64,000 bases of DNA from Ptychomitrium polyphyllum (taxonomy: Eukaryota): NCBI GenBank assembly GCA_973851085.1, contig OZ316775.1:15066001-15130000 (forward strand), in the 5' to 3' direction. How positions within the stretch are numbered: the first letter of the stretch is position 1; each line of letters starts with the position of its first letter. Under the pieces are notes generated by a model. That model searched no databases. It saw only the letters and a list, made by a program, of their open reading frames with translations, and was not told where the DNA came from. Made by a program: the position numbers and the translations under genes. This document shows positions 37,935-51,111 of this stretch, in pieces.

Positions 37935-39371
37935 CACTGCGTCGACGCGAGCTCGCCGTTTTAATTGGGACACTACCGCCACGGTGAAGGGCCCTCCTCG
38001 TGTGTTGCGGTAACCGCCATGTCGGGACGAGTCCAGCGTGGCGGCCTACTTGGCACCTCTCTGCGTACCTGGCACACGCTTTCCGAGCCCAATTCAGAAA
38101 GGTTACAGCTAGCGTGAATTGGGCTTAGTTTTATGCACAGCGGCTGTTTTAGGCGTGCGTCCCTTACTTTCACTGCACATGGAACTGCAAATGTGGAAAG
38201 TTACTGTATTCACACTTTGCGACGCTGAGACATAGGCTTGTGACACTACTATTTTTAGTTGAGAAAGTCTCTGAAGTGTTGTCGAAAGCCTCATCTGGCC
38301 ATGAAAAAGCAATTGAATGCAATTCAAGCTATGTGTAATCTTTCATGGACACCCCTTACACGCATAGATGGCCAATGGAGACCACCCATCACCTCGCAAA
38401 TCACTCACAATACCATTCCCAAGTTTGCAACCGCAACCGTGTACAGGGGTTGCTCCAGCATGTTCTAACCTAATTGTCATGCAATGGCTGACCAACACGT
38501 GGCACACCATCCTTGAACACATTGGAGGACAATGCCGAGGCAAATCTCAGGCTGATTAGTTAAATTGTGTACTGCAAAGGGAAGGAGATATAGGACGCAT
38601 CATCTTTGCTTACGTTAATACGTTAATGGATTCTAGTTGCATACAACTTCAAATACTTTGCAATGGTAGGAAGACATGTGGCTCACTTGCTCCATTTATA
38701 GCATTACTTTTCTAATTCTATGGTCTAATTAGTAGGTTGGAGTAAATTTAAAGAATTTTTTATCATTTAATATTTTTTGGAAAGTACATAATGAATTAAT
38801 TTCTTCTTGAAAAATCACACTGAAATACACTTATTAAATGAAAAGTTCTATAGCATTAAGCTTTAAGAGTTTTTGAGAATTTTAATTCTTTTGTGGTATT
38901 TTTAATGTAAATGCAAAGTGTAAATCTCTATAAATGTGTAAGTTTACATTTGCAAAATTTAATTCATAATGTAAATGAGATTCAATGCAAAGTGAAAATT
39001 AAATTAAACATTCATATAATTTAAATTTAGTAATCTTTACCAAATAATACTATATTAACAACATTTATTCCTAATTAAAAATTTTAACATTCCAATAATA
39101 AAGAAATTACCAATTTAAATGTTATCTCATTTTTATCAATCCTAGCTTAAATTAATAGTGTCTTAAATTTTGTAAGGTAGATTAGATTAATCAAAAATTT
39201 AACCTTCTTTTAAACAAGACTTTTTATTTGAAATAACATATAATTTAATTAAAAACATACAATAAAATAATATAAACAATAAAATGTATAAAACACATGT
39301 AAAAACTTTCAAAATTTGGAAGTCAAAATAATTAAAAAGGTAAAAAATAAAAGACAAAACTAAATATATAA

Positions 39372-39711
39372 TATCATCTTCAATTTAATTAATTTTGGAC
39401 AAAAAAAACGTGTTCAATTAATATTGGCGGTTTGTTAATAGTTACTTAAATACTTCATTAGCAAGCTTTTGAAGGTCATAATTCACTCCAATTGCATCCA
39501 AATTGGACAAATGAGGTGTTTTTTGACATCTATAAACAATTTAAATGTCAAAAAACATTTCATATGTCCAAATTGGACAATTATTGAGTGAACTAAGGCT
39601 ATTAGAAGGTTGCAAGTTAGAAGTAATATCAGCTAACTGTTGATAAAATCAAAGTTGCAAAACGTCCTTAATTGGGCAGAAAATCAAGAATGGGTTAAAT
39701 TGAAGATTATC
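39372..39711. mobile_element. Fold-back / MITE-like element: ~340-bp imperfect palindrome
   Basis: Inner arm 39480-39531 (aattcactc..tccaaattggacaaatgaggtgttttttgacat) matches the reverse complement of 39541-39593. The outer ends atcttcaatttaa and ttaaattgaagat are also complementary. Confidence 0.75.
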
Positions 39712-40914
39712 ACTTTTTTGATATACATGTAGTTTTAAAGGACTTGGCATTAAAATACTCTTTAAAAAAGTTGTACCTTTATCATTTTGATTATTCACAA
39801 GCAAGAAAAAAAATTATTTTAATTTTATTCATTATTCATTTAGGTTCAGGAAAAGATTCTTGAGTTAAAGTTCTTGATTTTCAATAAAAATGTTTCCAAA
39901 AATCTGAACTTTTCTAAAACTAACCCCATGTATATGAAAATAAGAAACACAAGTTAGAAAACACAAAAAAGAAAAAACTCTTTAAATATATCCAATAAAC
40001 AAAACCTTCATTCATAACTTATGAATTGATTAATTTAAATTGTACACATTCATTCATGAATGCTTCAAAATCCACCAAAGCAACACAAATTAAAAAGAAT
40101 GATTATACCCAATATTATGTTATATGGAAAGTTCATTTCTATCACCAAGCGCATAATGCCACATGAAACTTGTTGGCCCAAGTAGGAATGAGAAGCCAAC
40201 AAATAAACTTTTGTGTTGCAACAACTAATAGAATTCAAGGTCTTATCGCCTATGACAAACTCCCATTATTTTGACCACCAAAACTAGTGCAAATACAACA
40301 ACTCAACATTGTGTGAAAACAACGAAGATTGACCATTGGACTCCCATAGTAGCCAAAATGTTCTCCAATTGATTCATAGAAAGCGTTAAAGCTGGATCCG
40401 GATTCATCCAACGTGGGTATGCCGACGAGAACTGCCTCCCAGCATGGAGACCTTGTGTGGGAGAAGCGGCACTGGAATCCTTCCTCGCACACAAAAGTCT
40501 GAAGGTGGCAAGCAATGACAAGCAACGCAGAGGGACAAAGATTCGTGGTCTAGACGAGGATCGATCTGAGTATGAAATGGTAAACGCACATACTCAGCGC
40601 CGCTACTAGTATTATGATATTATCCTAGTGGCCTTGCACAGGCACAAATAGAGCCAAGAAAAGGACGCTGCAGTAAGACATGGAAGGCCATGTCTGGCTC
40701 AGGATATCAAGCTCCTCGAGGCTGGTGAAAGGATACCATGACATTGTCGACAGAACGACATTAACTATGTGAAGTGCCTGGAGTGGTGCTTCTGAGAGGA
40801 TTGTGGCGGGGGTCTGGAAACGAGGTTTCCAGCTTGCTCGGGGAGAATGCAGCCGCAGGGACTCTGAAGCTGCCGGGCGTTGCGAGAATGGCTCTTACTC
40901 TCTCTCGCTCTGAT

Positions 40915-43900
40915 TCAAAGATAGATTGAACGGGGTTTTGACAACAGACCAGGCTGGTGTCCGTCATAGACTGGATGCGGATCGGATAGTTGCTTTGCCG
41001 GGCAGCGCTTGCTGGGATGGACATGCGTCCATGAAGGATCGAGTTGCTGCCGGACGGGCGCAAGCCGTGGCGGAAGTTTTAGAGCGGAAGGGCCTCTGGC
41101 TGCTATGTCTACCACCTTGGATCTTCCTGAAGCGTCTTCCCATTTGGAAGGTACTATTGCTACCGCTTCGGGCCTGACAGAGGAGTACAATGACAACTCG
41201 AATGAATTTGCAAGAATTTTGGCTGCAGCTGGGGCATCAAGGGCAACGCGATCTGTGTCGTGAAAGCTACATTGTGTCCTTGAGATTTTGTGACATTTTT
41301 CGCTTGAGTTGCTGGGAACATGGCCGCCTGAAGGCAGGGACTCTAGCGGCTGCTCGACGCTCTGAACGTGACGAACCTTGTGTACGACTTCCTTCTCCTT
41401 GGAGGTCGTCTCTTTTACTTTGAATCTGCAGTTATCATGTCGGAAGCTATGGCCTTCTGCAATTCTGTCCAGCTGGGTCTTCAGTGAAGTGAACTGTCCA
41501 GCAATGGATCGTCTGGTTGCAGAGTAGTGTTTCTCTAGCTGTCTACACGGTTTTAGAAACGGGAAGGGGGCCTGCCTCTCAATGAATTCTTCAACCTCAC
41601 ATACAGGAACAGCAAAACTGCTCTCCACAGCAATCGATGGTTTCTCATTGTTCTCAGGGGACTCGATTAGTGCATTGTTAGGCATCACCTCCGAACATCT
41701 ACCGTCCTCGAGTGTAGCTTCGGACCTCACAGTGCTTGGCCGATTGAAACTTTTCCCATAGCGCAGCAGAGGCCAACCTACATCTATTTGACGCAATTCG
41801 TGGTCCAGACTGATGTCGCCCCTTCCCTCAAGAGCAAACTTGCCATAATCCCGAAGAGGTAACTCCACGTTGTTAACAGTATGCGATGTCATACTTTCGA
41901 GGTCTGTGCTAGAACTGTCAAGTTTGCATGTTTCTAGCTCGTATAATGTACAGGAACTGCCCCTCACATCTCTAATAGACTTATTGTCAAGAACTATCTT
42001 TATCTGTTGAAACATATTGCTCCTGAGAACGGCGCTGTTTGTTCCACAACCATCAAAATGAAACTACTGAAGCTAAGAATGCCCCACTCGATACTCTATA
42101 ATCTAGTGAAACTAGCAGTGTTAAATGATTCGGACACGGAGGATGCACTCAAACCAATGGCAGTGTATCGTACCAAGAGTGCCGAAACTTATTTTCGTGG
42201 GATGCATGTTCAATGTACACACTAGTTAAACGCCAGAGGGCTGTCACTGTTTTCGGAACACAGTACACAGAGGACCAGGAGGCAGGAATTTATATCCCGA
42301 TAGGATGTCCCCAATGCCACATCAATATATCGTCTACCGTCATCGTTGCAGTTGCTTCAGCCGCTGGGTTCACTAAACCGACATCAAGGTTCTGGACTTG
42401 ATGCTGCTTTTGCAACCGGTACAAGCATGTGTAAGAATGTTGCAGCTGTGCAGCTGCCCTAAGCGAGAAGCACGTAGCTTCAGTTCCTTTCTACAACTAT
42501 AGTAGTAAAATTTGTGATCCGGTGTTGTAACCTTAACTAGTGATGATGTCTTCTTTGTTGTAGTACTGATGAATGCCTGGTTGGCAGGACTGAAGTGTAT
42601 AAGCCTGCAAAGCCTGTTGTAAAGCAGATGAGCTGCCCATGTGCTATCATTTGGCATGAACATTGAGTAGCAACTCAGATGTCAATGGATGGATATCTAA
42701 ATCCTGCTATTGTTCCGTGCATGAGCGAGGGAGGAACAGTTGTTCAGTACCGACCTATGACTAATCCTAGCCATAGCATCAGATGATCTCCTGAACGTTA
42801 TTTAGCATTACCGGTGCATGTCAAAATTTAAGCATATTACGGTCAGCTTTGTACTTACGAGTAATTAGGACACTAATTTGGATGATTTTTTCAAGTCTTT
42901 GATGTGAGATGGTATTAACGGTTGGAAGTTGAAATTTTTAGTGAGATATAGACACATTTTACACAATTCCCACTACTGTGAAGGGATTGTTAGCGGCGGC
43001 ATTCTGAGCTTTGCAATGAACAAATTTCCCGTAGAGCGGATCATATCCAGAAATTGGTGAGGTCAGTTCTGCACTAAAAGACTGATGGACAGTGCTTTGC
43101 TGGTACAATTTCTTCAATCTCAATTTGTCGGTCGACCAATCAATCAACAGCTTGTCACTCACAGTTTTCTTGTGTTGAATGACCAGGTGTGTCAGCAATG
43201 GTCTTTGAATCTGAAGCACAGAGTACAGCCCCATACCACCTGACTCAAAAGTCTGAGTCTGTAATTGAATTGGATAGAATGTGGAGTGAATGTAAAGTAC
43301 CAAATCATTTACAATATTAAGCAGAGATTAGGTGCACACACAATTCTCTCGAAAAATATACCATTCCTTGGATACACAAGATTTTCTCTGGTTGCAAAAC
43401 TAGTCAATCACAAAATACAATTTCACTGCAATACTGTGATATAGAGTTAATGAAAAGTAGCTTGGAGATATAACAGACACCGAACTTTGCACAATACATC
43501 AATTTCCCAAAGAAACGTAAAGTTAATGTAGCGGCAAAGAACAACTGATTTGTAATTACTGTGGACTACGTCAGGAATTAGAATCGTGAGTAAGTGCAGG
43601 AGAAATTGTTATCAAGTAAGGTTACGTCATAAGTTTTATGCTTGATCATTAATGAACCTCTCACATTTATTATCATCAAATCAATAAAATGCAATCACAT
43701 TTCTTCCCCAATCAGGTACTACATTAAACATGGCAAGTCGTGATGAAATAAACCTCTATTAACTCACTCTGAATCTGTATTGGGGATCTTATAAAAGCTC
43801 ATCAAAAGATCTGTACCTCCAAATTGAGCATATTGTGCGAAGTGGAATCTGCATTCCAGGGAATCAATCAGTCCGTGCAAATTCTGTAAGACCTGGTTAC

Positions 43901-46850
43901 TTCTGTGCTAATATGTGCAGCATTCATTAGTTATTTAGGGTTCGCAAACCTAGACTTTGAATCGTTCAGAGCTGCAGTCCGCAGCTGACTATGATTTTAC
44001 AAATAATTCAGATGTTCCTGACTCGGCACCAACACATGTTCAGATTGTCTCAAAATGTACATCGGAAATAGAAGGATTATTCAAACACAATATACTTAGA
44101 TTTATAAACCTTCAATCCCACCTACTACCAATAGGTTCACTCCCTTAATGGAAGCAACCCTAATGTTTGGACAGATGTAAATGGAAGCACACGCTGTTAG
44201 CACTATACTTCAAACTCAAACTCAGCTGGAGTACTTTGAACTATCACTAGACTTGTGGAAAAGGCTAACCCAACAAAACGGAGCATCAACTGCATTGTGC
44301 ATGCAGGACGCAAAAACTATTCCTGCTTCAGTAAGTTTCAATCTCTAAGCAGCCAGTAGAGCTTATCAATGGGACTTATCCAGCTCAAGACTAGTTTCTA
44401 CCAGGAATCTGGAGATCATCGTTTCGAGAATTCAAGTACTTTGAACTATGAGTTCTTTTAAATGTATACAATGTGGATCGTGATGTCTGATGCAGCTGAC
44501 CATTCTGGACGTTTGATAACATCAAAAATCTTAAATTTCATAAAATGTGCCTAACTCGAAGTAGTTCGCAGGTGGAAGCCGAGACTCTTTCATAGCAGAT
44601 CGGCATATTACCTTAAGGAGAGAGTATGCTTTGTCGATAATAAGTCGGCCTAACCAGGCAGTAGCGGCGTTTGTGCAGACAATGACATTGCCCACAACGT
44701 ATACTGCGTCATGTTCATGGGCTTCGTCCAACCTTGCCAAATCTTCCAGAATTTCATCTGTTCGTCGAAATGATACAGGTCGAACCTCCTTCCCATTTGG
44801 ATCTGGTTCATTTCTCTCTTCATTCTCAGGGTATAGCTGCAGGCTATGTACAGCTCGAACACGAAACTTCTGACCATTGCATTCAATCACATCCTAGTAG
44901 CCATAAGATGCAACACATAGATAAACTCCCTTGAATCCTACCCGTTCTACAATAAATTGATACGCGGGTGCCACTGTCCGTACTGATATGAACCTGACTG
45001 TCGTGAGGACGAGAACTTACTGTAACGTCCGGACATTTTTCTGGTGTGATTATTTGGGGGTACTCCAAACGCTAAATCACTGTACAGAAATAGGTTCCAG
45101 GTACCCTCTTTGTTTCTCCACTGAAAAGCAAGGACCCCAAGCTGTCTTAGCTGGTCTTGTTACTCATCTCATATTAAGCATATTTCTTTCGCCTCCCATA
45201 GTTCCAGCATAACGAAATTGCAAGAAACAGCGCTGTCATTGCGAACGGTGCCCACTCACCCTTTAATACTTTGAACAACACGGCCGTAAAGTATACACCG
45301 TCAATGGACCCAAACACAGATAGCAATAGAAGAGCCGCAGGCCATGGAAGTTTCCATACTAGGATCGTCACCAAGCTTTCTAAAAGAGACGTTAAAAACA
45401 TCACGCCTTCTACCGCCAAAGTATCACACAAAAGTTTACCAAGTATTAGAAAACCTCTTCGGTACAAAATTGATTTAGATCCACAGGGAACCGAGATTCG
45501 ATTGAAAACCATTTTAAATTGAGACATAAACAACTTACCAAAAGCATATCAAGCTGTACTGAATCTAGAAACGCAAGAACTACAGCGATGCATATGATCA
45601 TTAAAACATAGTTGATTTCTGGAGAATAGACTTGTCCTTTGTCCGGAGATGTGCGTACCATTTTTACTCGAGGGAACTATCTAAGTGACATACATTGCTT
45701 GATATGAGAGAAAGTTGCTGTTATCAATGATTGACTGGCCACAAATGCAGCTAATGTTGCCACAACGAAAACAGACCAATACACTGGATGAAGGCCAGAC
45801 TTGAAGAAGGCATTCTTATGGTCGTCTGGGAGTGAAATCAGACACGCACTCTCCATTGTGTGCGCGGATGGCTGATGGATAGACCATGCCACAGAATGCA
45901 ATCTGAACATTACAAGACAATGTTAGTGTTTTGAAAATAAGCTCGGTTCTAAACATGATTTAACCAATGTGTATTGAACCTACGGAAACACATTATTGTA
46001 ATTCCGAAATACCATAGTAGACTAGCTCTTAAAGTGTTAACCTCTGAATTCCTCCTGATAACTTGAGCTAAAACACAACATGAGAAAAACGTCCTACTTT
46101 GCTGGATAAACTGTATGACCTAGAGCTGAAACTTCATATGTCTCGTGATCAAGGATCTAAAATTGCCTTTTCAGAAGATCGAGCCATCCACACCTATGCG
46201 GATCTTGATTTGGACCATCTACAAATTAGAGTAAGTCGATGAGCGTACCTTTTCATCAGGGTGAACAGGAGCTAATTTAGCCTTGAAACACAAATCTGAA
46301 ATTGCTCTCCGCAGACGCAGTTGCTTTGAATTCGACCCCACAACCTTCTAAAAGCCCACCGTCCACAACACCGTCGTCATCTCTACCTCCATTCACAATC
46401 AAAACATTCACCCTGATGTCATTTGACATTTCCCCGCCGCTTATGGCGGATTTTTGAACCAGAATCTCAGGATTTCCCCGCTCCAGATCCGCTTCGTTTG
46501 AACCCACGGTCCAAGAACAACCAAAGAAGAAAAATGCTACAATACTTTGTGATGCACGGAGAGAAATGATGATACAAATCACCCGTGGCAGAAATTCCTC
46601 GAATCTGTTGAGGACATATTGAAAGAGCACGGATCATATGAACTTAACGTCCATTGATTTGCAACAAATTTATATCCTCGTTGGTTTACCAAATCCCTCC
46701 TCTGGCAGAAGACCTGCTTGCTTCGCTGTTGAGAAGAGCTCAGCTTCCTCGACAGGATGAGAATAGGAATTGGGTGATGAGCAATGCACCTTCACACGCT
46801 GAACAAGTTGCACACTCGTGTTCGTTCCAGCCGTCCATCACACGCTAAAA
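40915..46850 (-). CDS. Uncharacterised multi-exon protein; large terminal exon 42003-40915 (363 codons); 5' structure tentative
   Basis: A long ORF starts right after the acceptor tttcaacag|ATA. Candidate upstream exons with compatible phases lie at ~42340-42390, 42532-42604, 42963-43100, 43163-43210, 46249-46347, 46412-46537 and ~46690-46845. No family recognised. Confidence 0.5.
44531..45902 (-). pseudogene. KUP/HAK/KT potassium transporter pseudogene (C-terminal half)
   Basis: Reads IAFCGMVYPS, VYWSVFVVATLAAFVASQSLITATFS, stop, FPRVKMVRTS..GQVYSPEINYVLM, YFTAVLFKVLKGEWAPF..WNYG and C-terminal LELGTFYEI-like end (YFELGTFYEI). Several frameshifts and stops; N-terminal half absent. Confidence 0.88.
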
Positions 46851-47971
46851 TTGGAGACAGAGTAATATAGTTACCAGGTACTGTGCTAAATGAAGGTCTG
46901 CTGTTGTGCGCAAGTTGACTTCTTCTATCTCTCAGTCCATACCCACCGCTTTTTTATTTTGCGAATGTGTGAATTTGCACCGGTGTGCATCCCTCAGATA
47001 GATTGAAGTTGAACGGTCTTCCAAAAGATACGGGGTGAAGAAAGGCTTCAAATTTTCTACGCAAGTCCAGCCATTCAGGCAATGAACCAAGTAGTTAAGT
47101 CCCTAAGCATATGTATCACTTGATCCGAATAGGTACTTTCTCGATGCCGATCACTACATACGAATATAACTCACAAATACTGAAGTCACTTTCTAAAGGC
47201 AGACTTAGAACTCAAGATAAACGCAATACAGAAGAAACTGCTGGCGCTTGCGGCGCCACTTTAAATGAGCTAAAACAACTCAAATGCAATTGACACTGGT
47301 ACTCCAAGCCTATGGGATCCATACCAATAAAGTAAAAACTCTAGCTTCTCGAATGAAAACGTGAATGGAAAAACCAGACCCAAAAATAACAACAATCTCT
47401 CGCCGTGCCTGCGCAAACGAAAGACTACAGTAGCGAGGCTAGAAGAACCGCCTCAAGTAAAATCCTAGAGATAATTCAGAATCGTTACAAGAGTGGAAAA
47501 TCCTCGAGTCTACTACAGTACCTGCAACACGAACGAAACACTCTCCAATTCCGAACTGGTTCCCCACAACTTAACATCACCACTTCACTAAACCCCTTCA
47601 CGCGTAGGTCGGCCACCACAAGGCGCTATCACATACCTGAGAACCCGAACAACGTTCAAGATTCCGCAATAGGATCACTATCATTACCACCAACCTTCGC
47701 TGATCTAAGATCTCCATTCTCCTTCCCGAGACATTCATCAAGCCGTCGCCTGTCGCCTTTCACCTTTCACCTTTCGCCTTTCACATCTCACATCTCACAT
47801 CTCACAGACACGATACTCTGCTGCAATCCACGCAGATCATGACTAGCTTACAGCATAGACGCGCCAGCTGACAAGCAGGTGCTGATGATCAGCGCCGACA
47901 TTACCAAAGTTGGACCTCGACTAAACTGGCTGAAATCCTCTGTGCAAACGACCAGCAGCGGCTTGTGGGAA

Positions 47972-48081
47972 CCTGTCGCTGTGTGGTACAGAGTCGTTTT
48001 TTAAGACTGTTCCGGCAATCTCGACGACAGTTCCGCGTCTGTGGCGACGATTCCGCCTGTCGCTGTGTGGTACAGAGTCGG
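47972..48081. repeat. 25-bp exact direct repeat (cctgtcgctgtgtggtacagagtcg) x2, 84 bp apart
   Basis: Copies at 47972-47996 and 48056-48080. Confidence 0.85.
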
Positions 48082-48739
48082 TGGATGATGTTGTTTGCAA
48101 AATGGATGAAACCAGTCTGGAAGATGGATGTCATTAAGCGGGCAGGAATTTTTACGAGGGGTTAGAGCATCGCCAACAGTGGTTCTTGTTGCGGTAAAGT
48201 CATACAGTAATTGCACTCGGTTAAACGCAATACTGAGGAGATTTTCCCATATGGCATTTTCTCATGACATGTTTGGGCACCTTCTCCAGTTTCCACCAGT
48301 TTCCACAGGAGCAGTCGGCCGTGCTTTCATCAACAAACAACATCTGTTGAGCCAACTCAACTTTCTCAGCCTTCAATAATGAAGGATCTAAGTCAAGATA
48401 TGAGAAGGACATTCCAAAGTCGAGTACAACCTCATGCAAAAGTATTGGCTAATTGCCCTTCATATTCTAATCTTGATTCAGATGCTCGCGCTCTAGTCAT
48501 CTTATTAGAAATTGAAAGAGTCACTCCTCGAGGACCCAAGATCCTGTTTGGAGGATATTTTGAAGGACTTAATCAAGATCAAATCTTGGATTGGAACATT
48601 TCAACAACAAAAGTTTTGCCTGGTGGTCATTGGCGTTTCTCGCAAGGACCAACTGAACCAGTGAACAAAGAACAATGAGCAAAATATATTGCTTCACTTC
48701 TTTGACAAATTTTGGAATTTGTAAAGATGTGACGAGTAA

Positions 48740-49451
48740 GCCACAAGAAGAGCTCCTCATGAAACTCGTCAATAAATGAAGAAGAGATGTCACAAACATA
48801 GATCATGCAATATTGTCTTTAGAACCTTTTAGAATCTTCTAATATATTATAATAGCTTCTTAGAATAATTTCAAATGTTTCTATAGCCGTTTTTACGTTT
48901 TTAAAAAATTTCTTATGAAAGTTCCACTACCGCATAAAACTTCCTAGGAAGGTTCTACCACCTTAGGAAATTTCCAAGGAAGGTTCCAATTCCTTATAAA
49001 CTTCTTTAGAAGGTTTCAACATCTTAGGAAACTTCTTGGGAAGGTTCCATAGATTTTTAGAACATCCTTAAGCCTTATAGTAAGTTTCTTTAGAAGTATC
49101 CTAAGAGATACAAGCGTCATAATATAAATAAGAGGCAAGACAAGGTATTCATTAGTCTTGCCAATACAAATTGTAGATCATTTTGTATCCTGCCTTGTTC
49201 TAGTCTTTGTATGAAATTCTTGTTAATCATTAGCTCTTTGGAAGCTAATTCTTGGGAAACACTTTGTTTCTGCTTTCAGTTTTTTGTATTCCTTATAGCT
49301 GCCACCACTTGTGGTCAAAATCAACAATCATCATGAATTTAAAATAGAAGAAGTATTTGATTCATGGATAAGACGAAGAAAGTTGGAATATTTGGTCCAT
49401 TGGCGCGGATATAACATTGGTGAATACAAAACAGATTTATGCCATATCTAG
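48740..49451 (+). mobile_element. Ty3/gypsy chromovirus relic: ORF tail, PPT, degenerate LTR with ~30-bp tandem repeats, and chromodomain fragment
   Basis: Purine tract gaagaagaga directly before TGTCAC at 48788. Four ~30-bp units aaacttc.taggaaggtt at 48937-49055. TATAAATA at ~49124. 49302-49451 translates PPLVVKINNHHEFKIEEVFDSWIRRRKLEYLVHWRGYNIGE, an integrase chromodomain. Confidence 0.8.
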
Positions 49452-51111
49452 AGAATTTCAGCAACATGATTGTTTGAAATTTTCAAGCTCTTCATTAAGA
49501 TTTTACACTTTGTTTTGTTGCTAAGAGAAAAAGTACCTTGAAGATGGATGAAAAAATGAGTTGGCCGCTCACATGGCAACATTCATTATTAGAAAGTCTT
49601 CTTTGTTGACCGTTTATAGAAGTACTCTTAGAATGGTGAACCACAAGATGATCTATAGGAGAAATTTTTTTCCATCTAGTTTATTTTTGTATCTTCCCAT
49701 TTCCTTTTGTTGCTTGTCTTTTCTCTCAAAGATGTGGGTATGAAACATCTTCAAGTCACCTAGAATAATAATAACATATTTTTTTGAAAATACTATATTA
49801 TATAAAACCAAATTGTGCTTCATCTTTTTTGCTTTTTACATGATATAATAGGTAATAAGTCACTAAACTAAACTCATTCTTTATGCATTAAATGAAACGT
49901 ATTTTTGCTATTATTTATTACTTATTATCAAAGGTAAAAGTGAGTTGCTTCAATTGTGTAATATATGTAGCTTTAAAAGAATTGGAATCCATTTTTATAG
50001 TGTTTGGCAATTATGTATTATACTTCCATTTGTTATATTTTAAGAGAAATTATGATGATAAAGTATGGTGGGTTGGATGATCCTTTCGTGAACTATGCTT
50101 TGAGTTACTGGACACGTGCCCCTATATGGGCTCACTGGGCTGATTGCAGGAAGGGAATCTTTGATCCGATGGTGCATTGTTTTCTGCAGATTAAATAATA
50201 CTTCAAATTCAGAACATTTCATCGAAAGAAGTTGAGCTGCTTGCTGCAGATTATCAAACGGAACTGACCCCTTGGGTAGGTCTCCCTTGATGCCATAAGC
50301 TCTTTCATTGCACACCATCCATCCAGCGTGTCATCAAGAAATACATCAAAACTGATCCAAAGCTAGGACATCATACTGTGCATTATAACGTTATCTAACC
50401 CGCAATGTGATGTATAGTATAACCAGCTACGAGAATACGTCAGAATGCCAGTGAAGAAGAGTTGGATCTTCCAAGTATCCTTCTGTCGATCAGTACCTGA
50501 ACATTCTGCGAAGGGCAAGCTGGTGGTCGTTGTCAAACTTGAGCAAGTTGTCCGTTGATAACCCTTGCTTTAACGTCCCAGATCAGCGTACTTGGTAACA
50601 AAATTCAAATACTTGCTGCTTTGGAGGTTGCAAGGTGATAAAAAGATAATAATCAGGGAACGAAGAACTCAGAAAATGACAGAGAGAGTGAACCAAGAGA
50701 AGTATGGGATAGAATTTCCAATCATCGATGGAAAGCCAATCTCATTACAGCCAAAAGTTGAAAGTAGCCAGCATGATTTGCAAGGCACCAAGGATTCTTT
50801 TTCAAATTAAATTTTAACAAAACAGCTGTTCCCAATACTACACACAATGGTTACCCAATACTCAGTGCCGGGTAGAAGAGGGAGAAGGAGGGGGCTTCCA
50901 AAAAGTCCCGAATTTTTTGGTGCTGGTGTCTCCTGCCGCGTCCTGCGACTCCAATTGCTCATTGATGCACTCAAAAAACAGCAACTATCCGTGGTTTATG
51001 AGCCGGAGGGGTGGTGTCCCTCCTGCCGAAGTTGACCCCTACACTTGCCTGCAACTGGCTAACTCCAAAGGCGCATGTTAAAATGCTAAACATGCGTACA
51101 ACTAGCATCAA

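Noticed and set aside
48937..49055. ~30-bp repeats superficially CRISPR-like
   Set aside because: Contiguous degenerate tandem units with no unique spacers, inside an LTR relic of a eukaryotic genome.
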